Assembly (NCBI GenBank): GCA_964291315.2 | Contig: OZ219753.1 | Span: forward strand, 448,001 to 512,000 | Direction: 5' to 3' | Origin: Candidatus Poribacteria bacterium | GTDB lineage: Bacteria; Poribacteria; WGA-4E; WGA-3G | Length of the DNA stretch: 64,000 nt | Part shown: positions 34,824 to 45,169 of the stretch, piece by piece | Layout of the letters: the number at the start of each line of letters is the position of its first letter | Numbering within the stretch: the first letter of the stretch is position 1 | Program-made: the position numbers and the translations under genes | Notes under the pieces: model-generated | Seen by the model: only the letters and a program-made list of their open reading frames with translations | The model's database searches: none | What the model was told of the DNA's origin: nothing

Positions 34824-36854
34824 TCATGAGGGGAGGGCAAAATAACCGATCCCTGTGAAAAAGCCGACGATCATCCATACTCCAACCATCACGTACTCTC
34901 CAAAAATCAGACCGAACGCTACAGGACGTATCTTCCGATACGCCGAAGCACCACCGAACTTAAGTGCCATGTACTTGATGAACCATCCGATCAGAATCGA
35001 CGACCAGAGATGAAACGGCGGATATGTCGCTCCGAGCAGATAACCGATCGGGTGCAGCGACCACCAGACAAAGTTCTGGCGCATCCAGAGCATGAAACCT
35101 GTAAATCCTGCTCCTGCAATCATGCTGTATACCTCGTCCCACTTCGTCTCAATAGGGAATTGGATGAGACTGCTCATTCGTTGAAAATAGTTACGAGGCG
35201 CTGCGACAAAAGCCCAGTTCTGTAAAAATAGAGCCCCTTTGTCGTAGATCAACGTTAGCGATGCATAAACAGATACCAAAGCCGCGACGACAATTGAGAT
35301 ACCTAAGATTGGAACGAGCTTCCGCCGAGCTAGTCGCACCTCATCTGCTGCCTTAAAACTGTGGAGGAAGTTCGGCATCATACATTCACCCCAATCCCGT
35401 AAGAACGTGCGTTGGAAGCTTAATATAGCAAGACTCTTATGCCCTAAAGCATTGGAACCCAAGGTAATATCGATATACTCCGATGGAAAGAAGGGGGCCT
35501 GCACAAGCAACAGGCCTCCGTTGACAATCATCCACGTTAGTACAATAGACGTGATAAAAATAGAGAGGAGTGTGACTAAGGCAACCCATGTCGTTATACC
35601 AGCAAGAACTAAAAATATAATAAGTGTGATGAGGCCCAAAAAAAAACCAAGCAGCGCGACCCGATACGAGATCGGTTCATTTGAGTCGTCTATGCTTTGT
35701 TTGCTGGAAATCATGGAACTTGTCTTTGCGCGTTCCATACCGAATGTCTTTCTGAAGATTGTAGCGAGATGTTCACGCCCCACCCAGAAAACTGCAGGTA
35801 CAAAGACGAGATATCCGCCCATCACTTGACGACTGCAGCTAATCCATGGACCGATGCTCAGACCGATCACATTCATGATAATATATTGGAATTTGAAAAA
35901 GAGATAGAAGAACCAGAGACTGAATGAGACCTCAAGCGTCAGTAAGGATGCGATCCCAATAACTGAAAAATAGATGACGAATCGCATCGCGGGCCACCAT
36001 CCAAGTGTATGCCACGGTTTTTCTGTGAAAACGGTGTAGATATTATAAATCAGCGGAATCTCCGGCATTTTCGGAAAATGCGCGTGTAATCCGTTGATGA
36101 GATGCAACACAACTGGAAGCGCCATCCCGGCCCAAAGCAGCCTGCTTTTGAAAAAAGAGTTAAGAAGGTTGCCGCGCTCAGGTTCCGCAGCGAGTTGTAC
36201 CGGAATCTGGATTAACGGAAATGAAAACCTTTCTCGTTCTACCCACTGCTTTCGCAGGATCACCGAAAGGCAGAGCGTCGTAAAATAGAAAACAAGAACG
36301 AAAAGCCCCCAGATAAGCAGTGGTTCCAGCCAGACCGTCCACGGAACTCCTTCTGCAGGACCGATACCTTCATAGAAGTCTGTTATAGCTTGAGGCTCCG
36401 TAACAACAAGCCATTCTGGAACATGTGGGTGGAGGGTTTCTGACCAGTCATTTTCGGGAGTCGCGAAGTAGTGCACCGCAACAAGCGATGGAAGCAGAAA
36501 CTGCAGCAAACCCATTGACGGGATCCCAACCGCAACAATTAACATAATCCAGATAACGGTTAATTCAAGGGCAGAGAAAACGAAACGGCCGTTCCGCATC
36601 AACTTACGCAACGGCACATTGACGAGAAATATCAGAAGAAGGATTCCGAAGATTGAGCCTACTGGCAGGTGATTCCCTGCAATCTTGGAATTTTGTAGGT
36701 AGTAATTATTGTAGGGCGTAACTGCACACATCGCTGCAACTAACAGCAGCCCTACGAGGATAGCACGGAGTCGAATTTTTTGGCGGGTTGTGTCGTCAAA
36801 ACTGTTAGCAACCGAGTGTGTACCTACCTTCCGTTCCGATGTTTGTTGCTCCAA
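34824..36854 (-). CDS. Polytopic membrane protein, DUF6785/DUF6784-like (OPT-related)
   Basis: Many TM helices; RKQWVERERFSFP and WWSLHPIGY motifs. Confidence 0.7.
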   Translation of the reverse strand: MEQQTSERKVGTHSVANSFDDTTRQKIRLRAILVGLLLVAAMCAVTPYNNYYLQNSKIAGNHLPVGSIFGILLLIFLVNVPLRKLMRNGRFVFSALELTVIWIMLIVAVGIPSMGLLQFLLPSLVAVHYFATPENDWSETLHPHVPEWLVVTEPQAITDFYEGIGPAEGVPWTVWLEPLLIWGLFVLVFYFTTLCLSVILRKQWVERERFSFPLIQIPVQLAAEPERGNLLNSFFKSRLLWAGMALPVVLHLINGLHAHFPKMPEIPLIYNIYTVFTEKPWHTLGWWPAMRFVIYFSVIGIASLLTLEVSFSLWFFYLFFKFQYIIMNVIGLSIGPWISCSRQVMGGYLVFVPAVFWVGREHLATIFRKTFGMERAKTSSMISSKQSIDDSNEPISYRVALLGFFLGLITLIIFLVLAGITTWVALVTLLSIFITSIVLTWMIVNGGLLLVQAPFFPSEYIDITLGSNALGHKSLAILSFQRTFLRDWGECMMPNFLHSFKAADEVRLARRKLVPILGISIVVAALVSVYASLTLIYDKGALFLQNWAFVAAPRNYFQRMSSLIQFPIETKWDEVYSMIAGAGFTGFMLWMRQNFVWWSLHPIGYLLGATYPPFHLWSSILIGWFIKYMALKFGGASAYRKIRPVAFGLIFGEYVMVGVWMIVGFFTGIGYFALPS

Positions 36855-36873
36855 AGTTTTGCTCCTACGTACG

Positions 36874-38334
36874 TCAGCCTTCTTCTCTTACTGAAGGGCG
36901 ATAGAGACATAGCTCCGCATCAACCACGCGACCATCAGGTAATGTGTATTGGTTCGGTGTGCCTTTACCCCATGGTTCTTTAAAGTCCCGGCTTCGTACT
37001 ACGTCTGATGCTTTCTGCTCTGCAGCGGATTCCCATGAGAAACCACCCATGAGCTGCTCATGCAGAGACATCTCTAAGTCCCGATATACTGACTGCCCGG
37101 CGAGGTTCTCGAATTCACCTGGATCTGCCTCTAAATCGAAGAGAATAGATTCATCCTCAGGAAAAGCAACATACTTATAACGAGGCGTTCTAAGCATGCG
37201 CATCGGTCCCGTGGTCTGATTTGACCAGTACTCAGTGATCGCGGTGTCGCGCCAACCCTCCGCATCGCCAGACATAAGACGCGTCAGGTCCGAACCATCT
37301 AAACCTTCAGGTGTAGGGACACCTGCTCTGGCACACAGTGTTGGAAAGAGATCGTTCAATTCGACAGGGGCCGTCACTCGTGTACCGTGTGATTGCTGTA
37401 AACTTCTATCCCACACAATTAACGGCACCCGTGCTGATGCCTCATAGTAGCTCGACTTCCACCACTGCCCATGTTCGCCTGCCATTTCACCATGGTCTGT
37501 TGTATAGACAATAATTGTATTATCTAATAAACCATCGCGCTCCAAAAGGGCAAGCAAGTCACCAACAATTTCATCTAAGAATTCACAACAAGCGTAATAC
37601 GCTGCTCGTGCTTTACGGGTTTCTTCCGGCGGGATCTCCGCTGTTTTGAAGTTATCGCGTAAGCCTTGCGCATACCGGTGGGTCTGGTCTAAATGCCCCG
37701 GCGGAATGTGTGGCATATCTACATTGTCGGGCCAATACTTATCGAAAAGACGCTTAGGGGCTGTCAGCGGAAAATGCGGACGACTATAGCTCGCAAGCAA
37801 GAACCACGGTTGCTCCGTCGGTTGCGACCTTAAATATTCAAGAGTCTCCATATTAATAACGTTCTCTTGAAGGAGACTCGTTGGGATTTCTGTGACCCCT
37901 GCCAAGCGTGTCCGTTCCCGCACGCCTGATGGTGCTTTCAAGGGATCTGTCTGATGTCCAGCAGTGCCGCGCAAGTCTCCATAAGGACGGAACTGAAAAC
38001 CGTTAAGTTGTTCTTTTCCCCCGAAGTGCATCTTACCCACAAGTGCAGTCGAGTAACCGTGTTGTGCGAAATGTGCAGGCAGCGTGAGATGTTCCGGGAA
38101 AAGAATAGAACCGTTATGCCACGCCGAACAGCGATGGGCATGTTTCCCGGTGAGCATACACATCCGAGACGGTGTACACAACGGAACCTGGCAATAGGCA
38201 CTCTCAAAATAGGTGCCAGAGGCCGCCAGTCTGTTAAGATTTGGCGTTTGGACAATTGGATTGCCTTCACATCCTATGGCATGCGGACTATGTTCATCAC
38301 TCATGAGAAACAGAACGTTCGGTCTTTGAGCCAT
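36874..38334 (-). CDS. Sulfatase (choline-sulfatase-like, Cys-type)
   Basis: RPNVLFLMSDEH, CTPSR, GKMH, PHFP, DHGE. Confidence 0.93.
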   Translation of the reverse strand: MAQRPNVLFLMSDEHSPHAIGCEGNPIVQTPNLNRLAASGTYFESAYCQVPLCTPSRMCMLTGKHAHRCSAWHNGSILFPEHLTLPAHFAQHGYSTALVGKMHFGGKEQLNGFQFRPYGDLRGTAGHQTDPLKAPSGVRERTRLAGVTEIPTSLLQENVINMETLEYLRSQPTEQPWFLLASYSRPHFPLTAPKRLFDKYWPDNVDMPHIPPGHLDQTHRYAQGLRDNFKTAEIPPEETRKARAAYYACCEFLDEIVGDLLALLERDGLLDNTIIVYTTDHGEMAGEHGQWWKSSYYEASARVPLIVWDRSLQQSHGTRVTAPVELNDLFPTLCARAGVPTPEGLDGSDLTRLMSGDAEGWRDTAITEYWSNQTTGPMRMLRTPRYKYVAFPEDESILFDLEADPGEFENLAGQSVYRDLEMSLHEQLMGGFSWESAAEQKASDVVRSRDFKEPWGKGTPNQYTLPDGRVVDAELCLYRPSVREEG

Positions 38335-38505
38335 TAATCAAAATTCTCCTCTTCACTCAACTAATCAGACATTCTCTCTACTTATTTAGTCTACACGATT
38401 TCTCACCGATATTCAAGCAGGTTTTTCAAGATGCCCCCTGCTAACGAACCGCTATCCACAGTCCTGATTCCCACGATCTGCCGCTAAATCTACCATATAT
38501 GCCCG

Positions 38506-40572
38506 TCAATGAGAGGGTTCCGCTTTGCGTTTTCCGACACCGATCGCCAAAGCTGGTAACACCGTTTCCGAAAGGTCAGCCGCATAGTCAAAAATTGCCC
38601 AACCTGAAGCCCCCAAATAACGCGACAAGTAGACTTGTTCAATAACAGCATCTGCACTTAGTAGAGAATTAGATGCAGTCGCACCGATACCAGGATAAAT
38701 CGCGACACTATGAGGCATCAAAGCGAGTTGAGCTGTTAACAACTCCGTGAAATAGCCCGTATCTTCGGTATAATTCATCGGACACACAAAGTCGACATAG
38801 CCCGCCTCCGCCCAAGCAATCCAATCCTGACCGATAGAAGTAACGCATGCCGGGTAACCACCGAAAACCGCTGCGGAAATTTTGATGTCAGGATCTGTTT
38901 CGCGCACACGTTTGCGCAATAAACGGACCAAACGCGTTATCTGTTGGCTCCGCCACTGAATATATCTATCGGCATATTTCCCAGTTTTTGGCAAAACTTC
39001 TGCGGGCCACTCTTCAACCCTCTCCCGGGTCGTATTCATGAATCTTTCGCGGCATCCTTCACAGTAGCACGCATGGCTCCCCGGATAACGGATATAATCC
39101 AAGTGAATGCCATCTATCTCGTAATTCGCTATAATCTCAAATACGATCTCCAATTCCAATTGAACATTTTTCGGATGCGACGGGCAAAGCCAATTGAGCG
39201 GTTTTCCGGTTGAGGATACTTGTGTCCGGCCGGCCTCCCGCATCCTCTCAATAAATTCTTGTGGGGCACCTTCCAGATTCCATGTAATCTTCCATACATG
39301 CACCTCTAACTCATGCTTTTGTGCTGCTGCAATGCATTGTGCAAGTTGATCCCCGTATTGTGAAAAAGTTTCGCTCTGTGGTAATAATTTACTCGGATAA
39401 TGCGCTACACCTGCCCATGCCATATTTGGAAAAATCATGTTAATCCCTGCACCCGCTAATTCTCTAGCAGATCGGTCCCAATCTCCCGGATACGCACCTA
39501 GTCCGGAATGATTCCACACCGCTCTCCCTTCCGTTTCAATACTGATGTGCGATAGGAAATAAGCTCTTGAAAACGCCGCACGGCTTGCACGGGCCATAGT
39601 TATAGCGGCACTGTAAGTTCGTGTTTCGTATGAAATGTCCGCCTGTCTCATCAGATTTTTCCCGGTTTCTAAAGCCTCTATTGCCTCTACCACGCCCTTC
39701 TGTTGAACAAACTGTTCCAGTTTCTCAAGGTCGTTTGTATGTCCGACAGTCGTTATTGCCCTTATTGCTCGTTCAGCGAGCGGGCGCCGAAATTCCGGAA
39801 CGAGATGTGCTAGGATTGCTCCAAGGAGCTGGGTTTTGGTGTGGATGTCGTCCGGCAGGAAAACGTGACTGAAGAAAACGCCCGCCTCGTTCATAAAAAG
39901 AGCAGGTAAACCGGTCGGTTTTCCAGTCGCATCGTGCCAGTAACCAATGATTTTTGTTCCAGCAGTCGTCGGTTCTGCCACGGTTATGTTCCAGGATGCT
40001 TGTTTGACAGATGGCGGCATGTCAGGTATTTCAGGGGCATTCAGTTGAATACTAGAAAAACGTCCAGGCGGGTCGTCTTTTAGCCAATCCGTTTGGCGCA
40101 GACCGAGAAGCGGCGCTACTGCGTTTGGGAGGTTGTAAGTTACGAAAAGCTTGCCCCCGTCTTTAACGAAGTCCTTCAAAAATGCCGCCGTTTGTGAGGT
40201 TATGCTCGGATTTAATGGAAGAATAATTAACCGACGCGATTTTAATTTTGCTTTAGAAAGCGATTCCTCTTCAAGCATGTCAGCGGGAAGCCCGATACTA
40301 TTAAGCATCTGATTGAACCGCTTGCTGACAGAACGAACGTATTGAACATCACCTGGCGACGCTCCGGATGTACCTGTGGGCAAGACAATCGCGATTTCTG
40401 ACTGCTGTGCTGACACAAAGCTGTATCCGTTAGTAACTGAGAGCAGCACACCTGCAAGGAAGATGATCCGGATGACTCCTTGCTTCTTATGCTTTGCAGA
40501 AAATCGTGGTCTCGAAACACTCTTTACTTTCTTTGATCGATTTTGATTTGCAAGCTCGGCCGAAAGCATCAC
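38506..40572 (-). CDS. Glycoside hydrolase-like protein (GHL10/DUF187 family)
   Basis: LEVHVW, WLCPSHP, IDGIHLDYIRYP, QDW, CPMNY; N-terminal signal/TM. Confidence 0.78.
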   Translation of the reverse strand: MMLSAELANQNRSKKVKSVSRPRFSAKHKKQGVIRIIFLAGVLLSVTNGYSFVSAQQSEIAIVLPTGTSGASPGDVQYVRSVSKRFNQMLNSIGLPADMLEEESLSKAKLKSRRLIILPLNPSITSQTAAFLKDFVKDGGKLFVTYNLPNAVAPLLGLRQTDWLKDDPPGRFSSIQLNAPEIPDMPPSVKQASWNITVAEPTTAGTKIIGYWHDATGKPTGLPALFMNEAGVFFSHVFLPDDIHTKTQLLGAILAHLVPEFRRPLAERAIRAITTVGHTNDLEKLEQFVQQKGVVEAIEALETGKNLMRQADISYETRTYSAAITMARASRAAFSRAYFLSHISIETEGRAVWNHSGLGAYPGDWDRSARELAGAGINMIFPNMAWAGVAHYPSKLLPQSETFSQYGDQLAQCIAAAQKHELEVHVWKITWNLEGAPQEFIERMREAGRTQVSSTGKPLNWLCPSHPKNVQLELEIVFEIIANYEIDGIHLDYIRYPGSHACYCEGCRERFMNTTRERVEEWPAEVLPKTGKYADRYIQWRSQQITRLVRLLRKRVRETDPDIKISAAVFGGYPACVTSIGQDWIAWAEAGYVDFVCPMNYTEDTGYFTELLTAQLALMPHSVAIYPGIGATASNSLLSADAVIEQVYLSRYLGASGWAIFDYAADLSETVLPALAIGVGKRKAEPSH

Positions 40573-41996
40573 TGATCCTCCCCAAGACTTTTAGCAACAA
40601 TCTTTGGACTTTGAGATTTCGCAAACGGAGTCTCACTTGTCTTTTGCAGGAAACTATCAACACCTTCAGCTATAGCGGTGGCTATTTTATGTTGATACGC
40701 CGGAGTCGCAAGCTTCCGTGCCTCTGTCGGGTTCGACACAAATCCTGCTTCAACGAGAATAGAAGGTACGTTTGTCCCAATCAAGACCACAAAGCGAGCA
40801 TACTTGACCCCGCGATCGACGGCGCCCGTTGCCTGGACCAGTCTGTGCTGTACCTCTGTTGCCAAACGTTTGCTGTCCTCGCTCTTGCTCTCTTGTATTA
40901 GACCCTTTAGCAAAGATTCGAGCTCTTGGATGCTGTAGCCGGAGTTTGCATTTTCCCGCGCTGCAATCTGTTCCGAGATTTCATCTGTACTGCTAACATT
41001 CAGATAGTAGGTCTCTATACCCTCTGTTTGCGGGCTTTTGCTACCATTCGCATGGATGCTCAGAAAAAGGTCCGCCTTGTGTCGCGTTGCAAATTTAGTA
41101 CGATCTTTGAGTGAAATGAAACGGTTATTCTCTCGCGTCATCAGTACAGTGTACCCTCTCGACATTAATATCTGGCGGAGTTTTTCCGATATATTCAGAA
41201 CAATGCTTTTTTCTTGTAGCGTACCACTCCCCACAGCACCTGGATCTTGACCACCGTGCCCCGGATCAATAACAATTGTCTTCGCGATCAATCCAAACTC
41301 TCGTGTCAGCGATCCAGGGTTTAATACTTCTTTACCTAGTGTCGATACCGGGCGTTTCGATGGTGTACCTGTTTTTCCACGTTTTTCACCGGCTAATAGT
41401 GGCTGTTTTTGTTGCAGAGCTTGCAGCTCCGCGGAAGCAGCTGCAACAATTTCGGGATCTGTCGAAAAACTAACGAGGTCTTTGTAAAACGCCTCCGCGC
41501 GCGTCCGATAGCCTTGTCTCGTGTATAGACGTGCCAATTCTAATTGCGCAGGTTCCAATAATTTAGAATCCGCATAACGGTTCTCCACAATTTGGTACTG
41601 TGTGATGGCTTGATAATCCTGATTGACATACGCATAGCAGCGACCTAGCCAATAATGAGCATGTGGTACATATGGCGAATTCGGATAGGTACGCACCAGT
41701 GTTTGGAAGGCTTCAATCGCTTCCTGTGGAGCTCTGGTGTCGCCGGTCGTAATGCTCCACATCCAACTTGAAGCAACCGCATATTGTGCATCATCCGCGA
41801 ATGGACCTCGAGGATCTGTACTAATAACGTGCTGGAACTCTGAAACAAGCTCACGCCACTCCTCAGCAGTTGTATCTTCTTCACCACTTGCATATGCATA
41901 GTGGCGCAATGCCGCCTCTTTATAACCTGATAAACTCGTACACCCTGACAATACTGCCAGAAAAACTATCAATAAACAAGAACAATATATTTTCAC
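40569..41996 (-). CDS. Lipoprotein with TPR/BamD-like region and N-acetylmuramoyl-L-alanine amidase (Amidase_3)
   Basis: Lipobox LSGC, TPR-like helices, IDPGHGGQDPGA, SIHAN, LVEAGFVSN. Confidence 0.9.
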   Translation of the reverse strand: MKIYCSCLLIVFLAVLSGCTSLSGYKEAALRHYAYASGEEDTTAEEWRELVSEFQHVISTDPRGPFADDAQYAVASSWMWSITTGDTRAPQEAIEAFQTLVRTYPNSPYVPHAHYWLGRCYAYVNQDYQAITQYQIVENRYADSKLLEPAQLELARLYTRQGYRTRAEAFYKDLVSFSTDPEIVAAASAELQALQQKQPLLAGEKRGKTGTPSKRPVSTLGKEVLNPGSLTREFGLIAKTIVIDPGHGGQDPGAVGSGTLQEKSIVLNISEKLRQILMSRGYTVLMTRENNRFISLKDRTKFATRHKADLFLSIHANGSKSPQTEGIETYYLNVSSTDEISEQIAARENANSGYSIQELESLLKGLIQESKSEDSKRLATEVQHRLVQATGAVDRGVKYARFVVLIGTNVPSILVEAGFVSNPTEARKLATPAYQHKIATAIAEGVDSFLQKTSETPFAKSQSPKIVAKSLGEDQ

Positions 41997-42234
41997 GTTT
42001 TCCCTCTCCTCTCATGTTCATCATATTTTTTGCCCCTTATTTTATCTACCTTAAAATAAAACGGACTTTTCCATTTTCCGTTACTAAATTGTGCTATTAC
42101 GTCCCGATTTATTTTCGGCTTTGGCACTGGTATCCCCCTTGTTCTCTTATAATCCATGCTAAATTTTTGTTTGTACTCGCAATTCTTAAGAGTGATACAA
42201 TTCAGCAGAAGGCTCTGGCTTTTTTTGAAAAAAG

Positions 42235-42263
42235 TTGACAAAGAACTAAAATAGGGGTATAAT
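42235..42263 (+). promoter_or_regulatory. Consensus sigma70 promoter
   Basis: TTGACA-17 nt-TATAAT perfect match, pointing into the island. Confidence 0.75.
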
Positions 42264-42433
42264 TAATTTGATAGAACATCGAAATAGATGTAAAATTAAT
42301 ATTGTATTAAAACGCGGGCTTGATAATTATTGAGAGGTTCTTTGTTGGCTAGGGAGCTTTTGCATAGTCGAACGGCTTATACTGCAAGCGTTGCAGAGGC
42401 ATAGGTAGCGAAAAATATTCGCGAGAGGAGTCT

Positions 42434-42808
42434 GTGATGAAAAAGGTATTTATAATCTGTGTGTTCTTTTTTGTGCTTGCCTCGCCTGTGTTCTGTGAGT
42501 TAACGGATGCCGATCTGGATAAGATCCGGTTGATCATCAACGCGGAGCTGAAGCCGATAAGAGCCGACATCTTGACCCTAAAGACTCAAGTCGCTGTCCT
42601 CAATGGACGCATCGACGGTGTAGAAGCGCGCATCGAAGGTATAGAAAAAATGATGACGTGGTTGATGGTAATAATAGGGGTCGTCATTGGGCTGCCACAG
42701 GTGATAATGATGTGGCGCATTAGAAAAGAACGCATCTTCGAAAATCGGATTGAGGCACTCGCAGCAGATATCGAGATCCTCAAGCAACAACGGATCGTCC
42801 AACCATAA
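42434..42808 (+). CDS. Small coiled-coil membrane protein
   Basis: GAGGAG RBS, signal peptide, coiled coil, one TM. Confidence 0.7.
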   Translation: MMKKVFIICVFFFVLASPVFCELTDADLDKIRLIINAELKPIRADILTLKTQVAVLNGRIDGVEARIEGIEKMMTWLMVIIGVVIGLPQVIMMWRIRKERIFENRIEALAADIEILKQQRIVQP

Positions 42809-43326
42809 CGGGCAGAGGCAGTCGCTGAAATAAAGCGACATTAAAGAGTCTATCAATAATTTCGGTATTTGATATAGGGGTAGGAAACGATGGGGAACTT
42901 TCATATAGCCATGGACATGAGTCAATGCAAATCAGTTGTTCTTCTGCGGCGTGCGTGCTGTGTTAGTTCTGTGTGCTGCGTGCGTTTCGTTGATCTGTGT
43001 TGCAATGTTAACTGTGAGTTAACATTTACTTACCCCCCCATATCTACATAAGTTAAGTGTTTTAGTTTATATTTGTTCACCAAACTGCGTCGGCATTTGC
43101 TGCTGTCGTGGTTTTTTTGCGCCTGCTCGTGCTTTGCACGTTGCGGGCTATTTTTGTTGTGGCATTGGGTTGCGCCCGAATGTTTGTTATCCTTGTCAAA
43201 GTGTATAAGCGGATATCTGTCCGAACACCACGACAGGGAGTCTATACAGTAAGCTCTGTCGCTGCCCCCACCGAAAGGGTGTGTAGTGCATAGTAAACCC
43301 GGAACATAGTAGGAGAAAGTTTCAAA

Positions 43327-44424
43327 ATGACTACTGATGGAAAGAAAATAAAGAAAACCGTTTTATCCATTGATGGAGGCGGTATTCGCGGTATCATCCC
43401 GGCGATGATTCTTGTTGAAATAGAAAGGCGAACCCTCGACAAGATTAAGGATTCGACAGAACAGGTCCCAGAAGGCCGCCGTGAAGAGTTCAAACGGAGT
43501 GTTAATGAGAGAGTTAAGACTAGGAAGGGTAGAGAGTTCATTCCGACTTCTGACCTTTTCGATCTGATTGCTGGGACTTCAACTGGAGGTATCCTTGCTT
43601 TGGGGCTTACCAAACCTATCGATCAAGGAGGGGGTCCTGATTACATGGCAAGGGACTTAGTTGATCTGTATCAAGAAACAGGCGGAAGCATCTTCCACAG
43701 ATCATTCTGGCACAAAATTCATTCAGGGTTTGGAATGACCGAAGAGAAATATCCAGCAACGGGAATTGAGAGTGTTCTAGAGACATATTTTGGAGAAACT
43801 CGCCTCGGGGATGCACTGACTAATGTGCTGATTCCTAGCTATAGCTTGGAGAATGGACATCCTCGGTTCTTTAAAAGTCATCGTGCTCAAGATGAAAACT
43901 GCCGAATGCGGGAAGTTGCCCGTGCGACTTCCGCCGCTCCCACCTATTTTGAACCCTTTAGAGGTTTTGAACCCTTTAGAGGACTAGTGGATGGTGGAAT
44001 ATTTGCAAATAATCCTGCAATGTGTGCCTACGCTGAGATATTGAATGTGTGTCCAGAGTCGGAAGGCAATATTTTACTTGTCTCACTGGGAACTGGGCAG
44101 TTAACTCGCGATATCCCGCACGAAGAGGCGGCGGGTTGGGGGCGCATTAACTGGATACTCCCGCTTTTCAGAATTATTTTTGATGGTGTGAGTGATACGG
44201 TGAATTATCAACTCATTCAGCTTCTGCCTCAAGGTCCGTATTATCGGTTTCAACCCAGGTTAGATATAGGTAACGATGATCTGGATGATGCTAGCAAAAC
44301 TAACTTATTGGCTCTGAGAAGGGTAGCTGAAAGACACGTCCAAGAGCATGAGGAAACATTGGAGGAGCTGTGTCGTCGCTTGAGTGAACGGTTCGTGGAG
44401 CGCTGGCTTGAGCTTGTAGCATAA
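43327..44424 (+). CDS. Patatin-like phospholipase
   Basis: DGGGIRG, GTSTG, SAAPTYF, DGG, SLGTG. Confidence 0.93.
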   Translation: MTTDGKKIKKTVLSIDGGGIRGIIPAMILVEIERRTLDKIKDSTEQVPEGRREEFKRSVNERVKTRKGREFIPTSDLFDLIAGTSTGGILALGLTKPIDQGGGPDYMARDLVDLYQETGGSIFHRSFWHKIHSGFGMTEEKYPATGIESVLETYFGETRLGDALTNVLIPSYSLENGHPRFFKSHRAQDENCRMREVARATSAAPTYFEPFRGFEPFRGLVDGGIFANNPAMCAYAEILNVCPESEGNILLVSLGTGQLTRDIPHEEAAGWGRINWILPLFRIIFDGVSDTVNYQLIQLLPQGPYYRFQPRLDIGNDDLDDASKTNLLALRRVAERHVQEHEETLEELCRRLSERFVERWLELVA

Positions 44425-44517
44425 CCTGTTAGGTTGTGCAGTATCTCTTGTAGCATAACCTGTTAGGTTGTGCATCTGTCCAGAAACTGTGTAGCACAGA
44501 CTGACAGTCTATGCTAC
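44416..44517. repeat. GTAG-type REP cluster (3 palindromes)
   Basis: GTAGCATAACCTGTTAGGTTGTGC at 44416-44439 and 44450-44473; near-perfect palindrome GTAGCACAGACTGACAGTCTATGCTAC at 44491-44517. Confidence 0.85.
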
Positions 44518-44599
44518 AGATATAACAACAATCCCCTCTCGTCCACGCTTGTGTTGGAAGAGAGGAACCTTAACCCCTATAACAGAGGAGTATTTACCA

Positions 44600-45163
44600 A
44601 TGAAAACGTATGTGACGATCCCGAAACTGATGATTGCCGTGCTCGCTATCGGCGCCTGCGGCTACGCCCTGCACGCCTGGAGCAAGGCACAATCGCCCGC
44701 TGAGAACCCCTCGGCTACACTGCAAGTAGAAGTAGACCTGCGGCTTATCATTGAACCCGATGCGATGCCGACTGAACCGGGCGAATCGGAGCCCGCCGTT
44801 GTGCGCGCCAGACAAGCCGCATTGGAAAGGAGTGCGCGTTTGCTGTCTGAGAAAAACATAGCGGCACCGCGGCAATCAGCATTGCTGCCGAACTACCCGA
44901 ACCCGTTCAACCCAGAGACGTGGATTCCGTATGAGCTGTCCGAGGCTGCTGATGTCAGTGTATCCATCTATTCAACGGATGGCAGCCTGGTACGGACGTT
45001 GGGCTTAGGGCATCAGGTGCCCGGTGTTTACCGTAGCAAGTCTCGGTCGGTGTATTGGGACGGTCGCAACGATTCGGGCGAGCGTGTTTCGAGCGGTGTC
45101 TATTTCTATACGCTTGAGGCGGGTTCTTTCCGTGCGACGCGTAAAATGTTAATAGTGAAGTAA
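44600..45163 (+). CDS. Small secreted protein consisting mainly of an FlgD-Ig/T9SS-A-like C-terminal sorting domain
   Basis: GAGGAG RBS, signal peptide, ALLPNYPNPFNPETWIPY...YWDGRN...SGVYFYTL...TRKMLIVK. Confidence 0.8.
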   Translation: MKTYVTIPKLMIAVLAIGACGYALHAWSKAQSPAENPSATLQVEVDLRLIIEPDAMPTEPGESEPAVVRARQAALERSARLLSEKNIAAPRQSALLPNYPNPFNPETWIPYELSEAADVSVSIYSTDGSLVRTLGLGHQVPGVYRSKSRSVYWDGRNDSGERVSSGVYFYTLEAGSFRATRKMLIVK

Positions 45164-45169
45164 TCAGCT

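Noticed and set aside
41993-42241. 82-aa ORF upstream of the amidase
   Set aside because: AT-rich intergenic region overlapping a consensus promoter, with no recognisable homology.
43327-44424. Patatin as part of a CBASS operon
   Set aside because: No CD-NTase is adjacent; the NTase-fold gene at 15433 is 26 kb away and does not resemble a CD-NTase operon.
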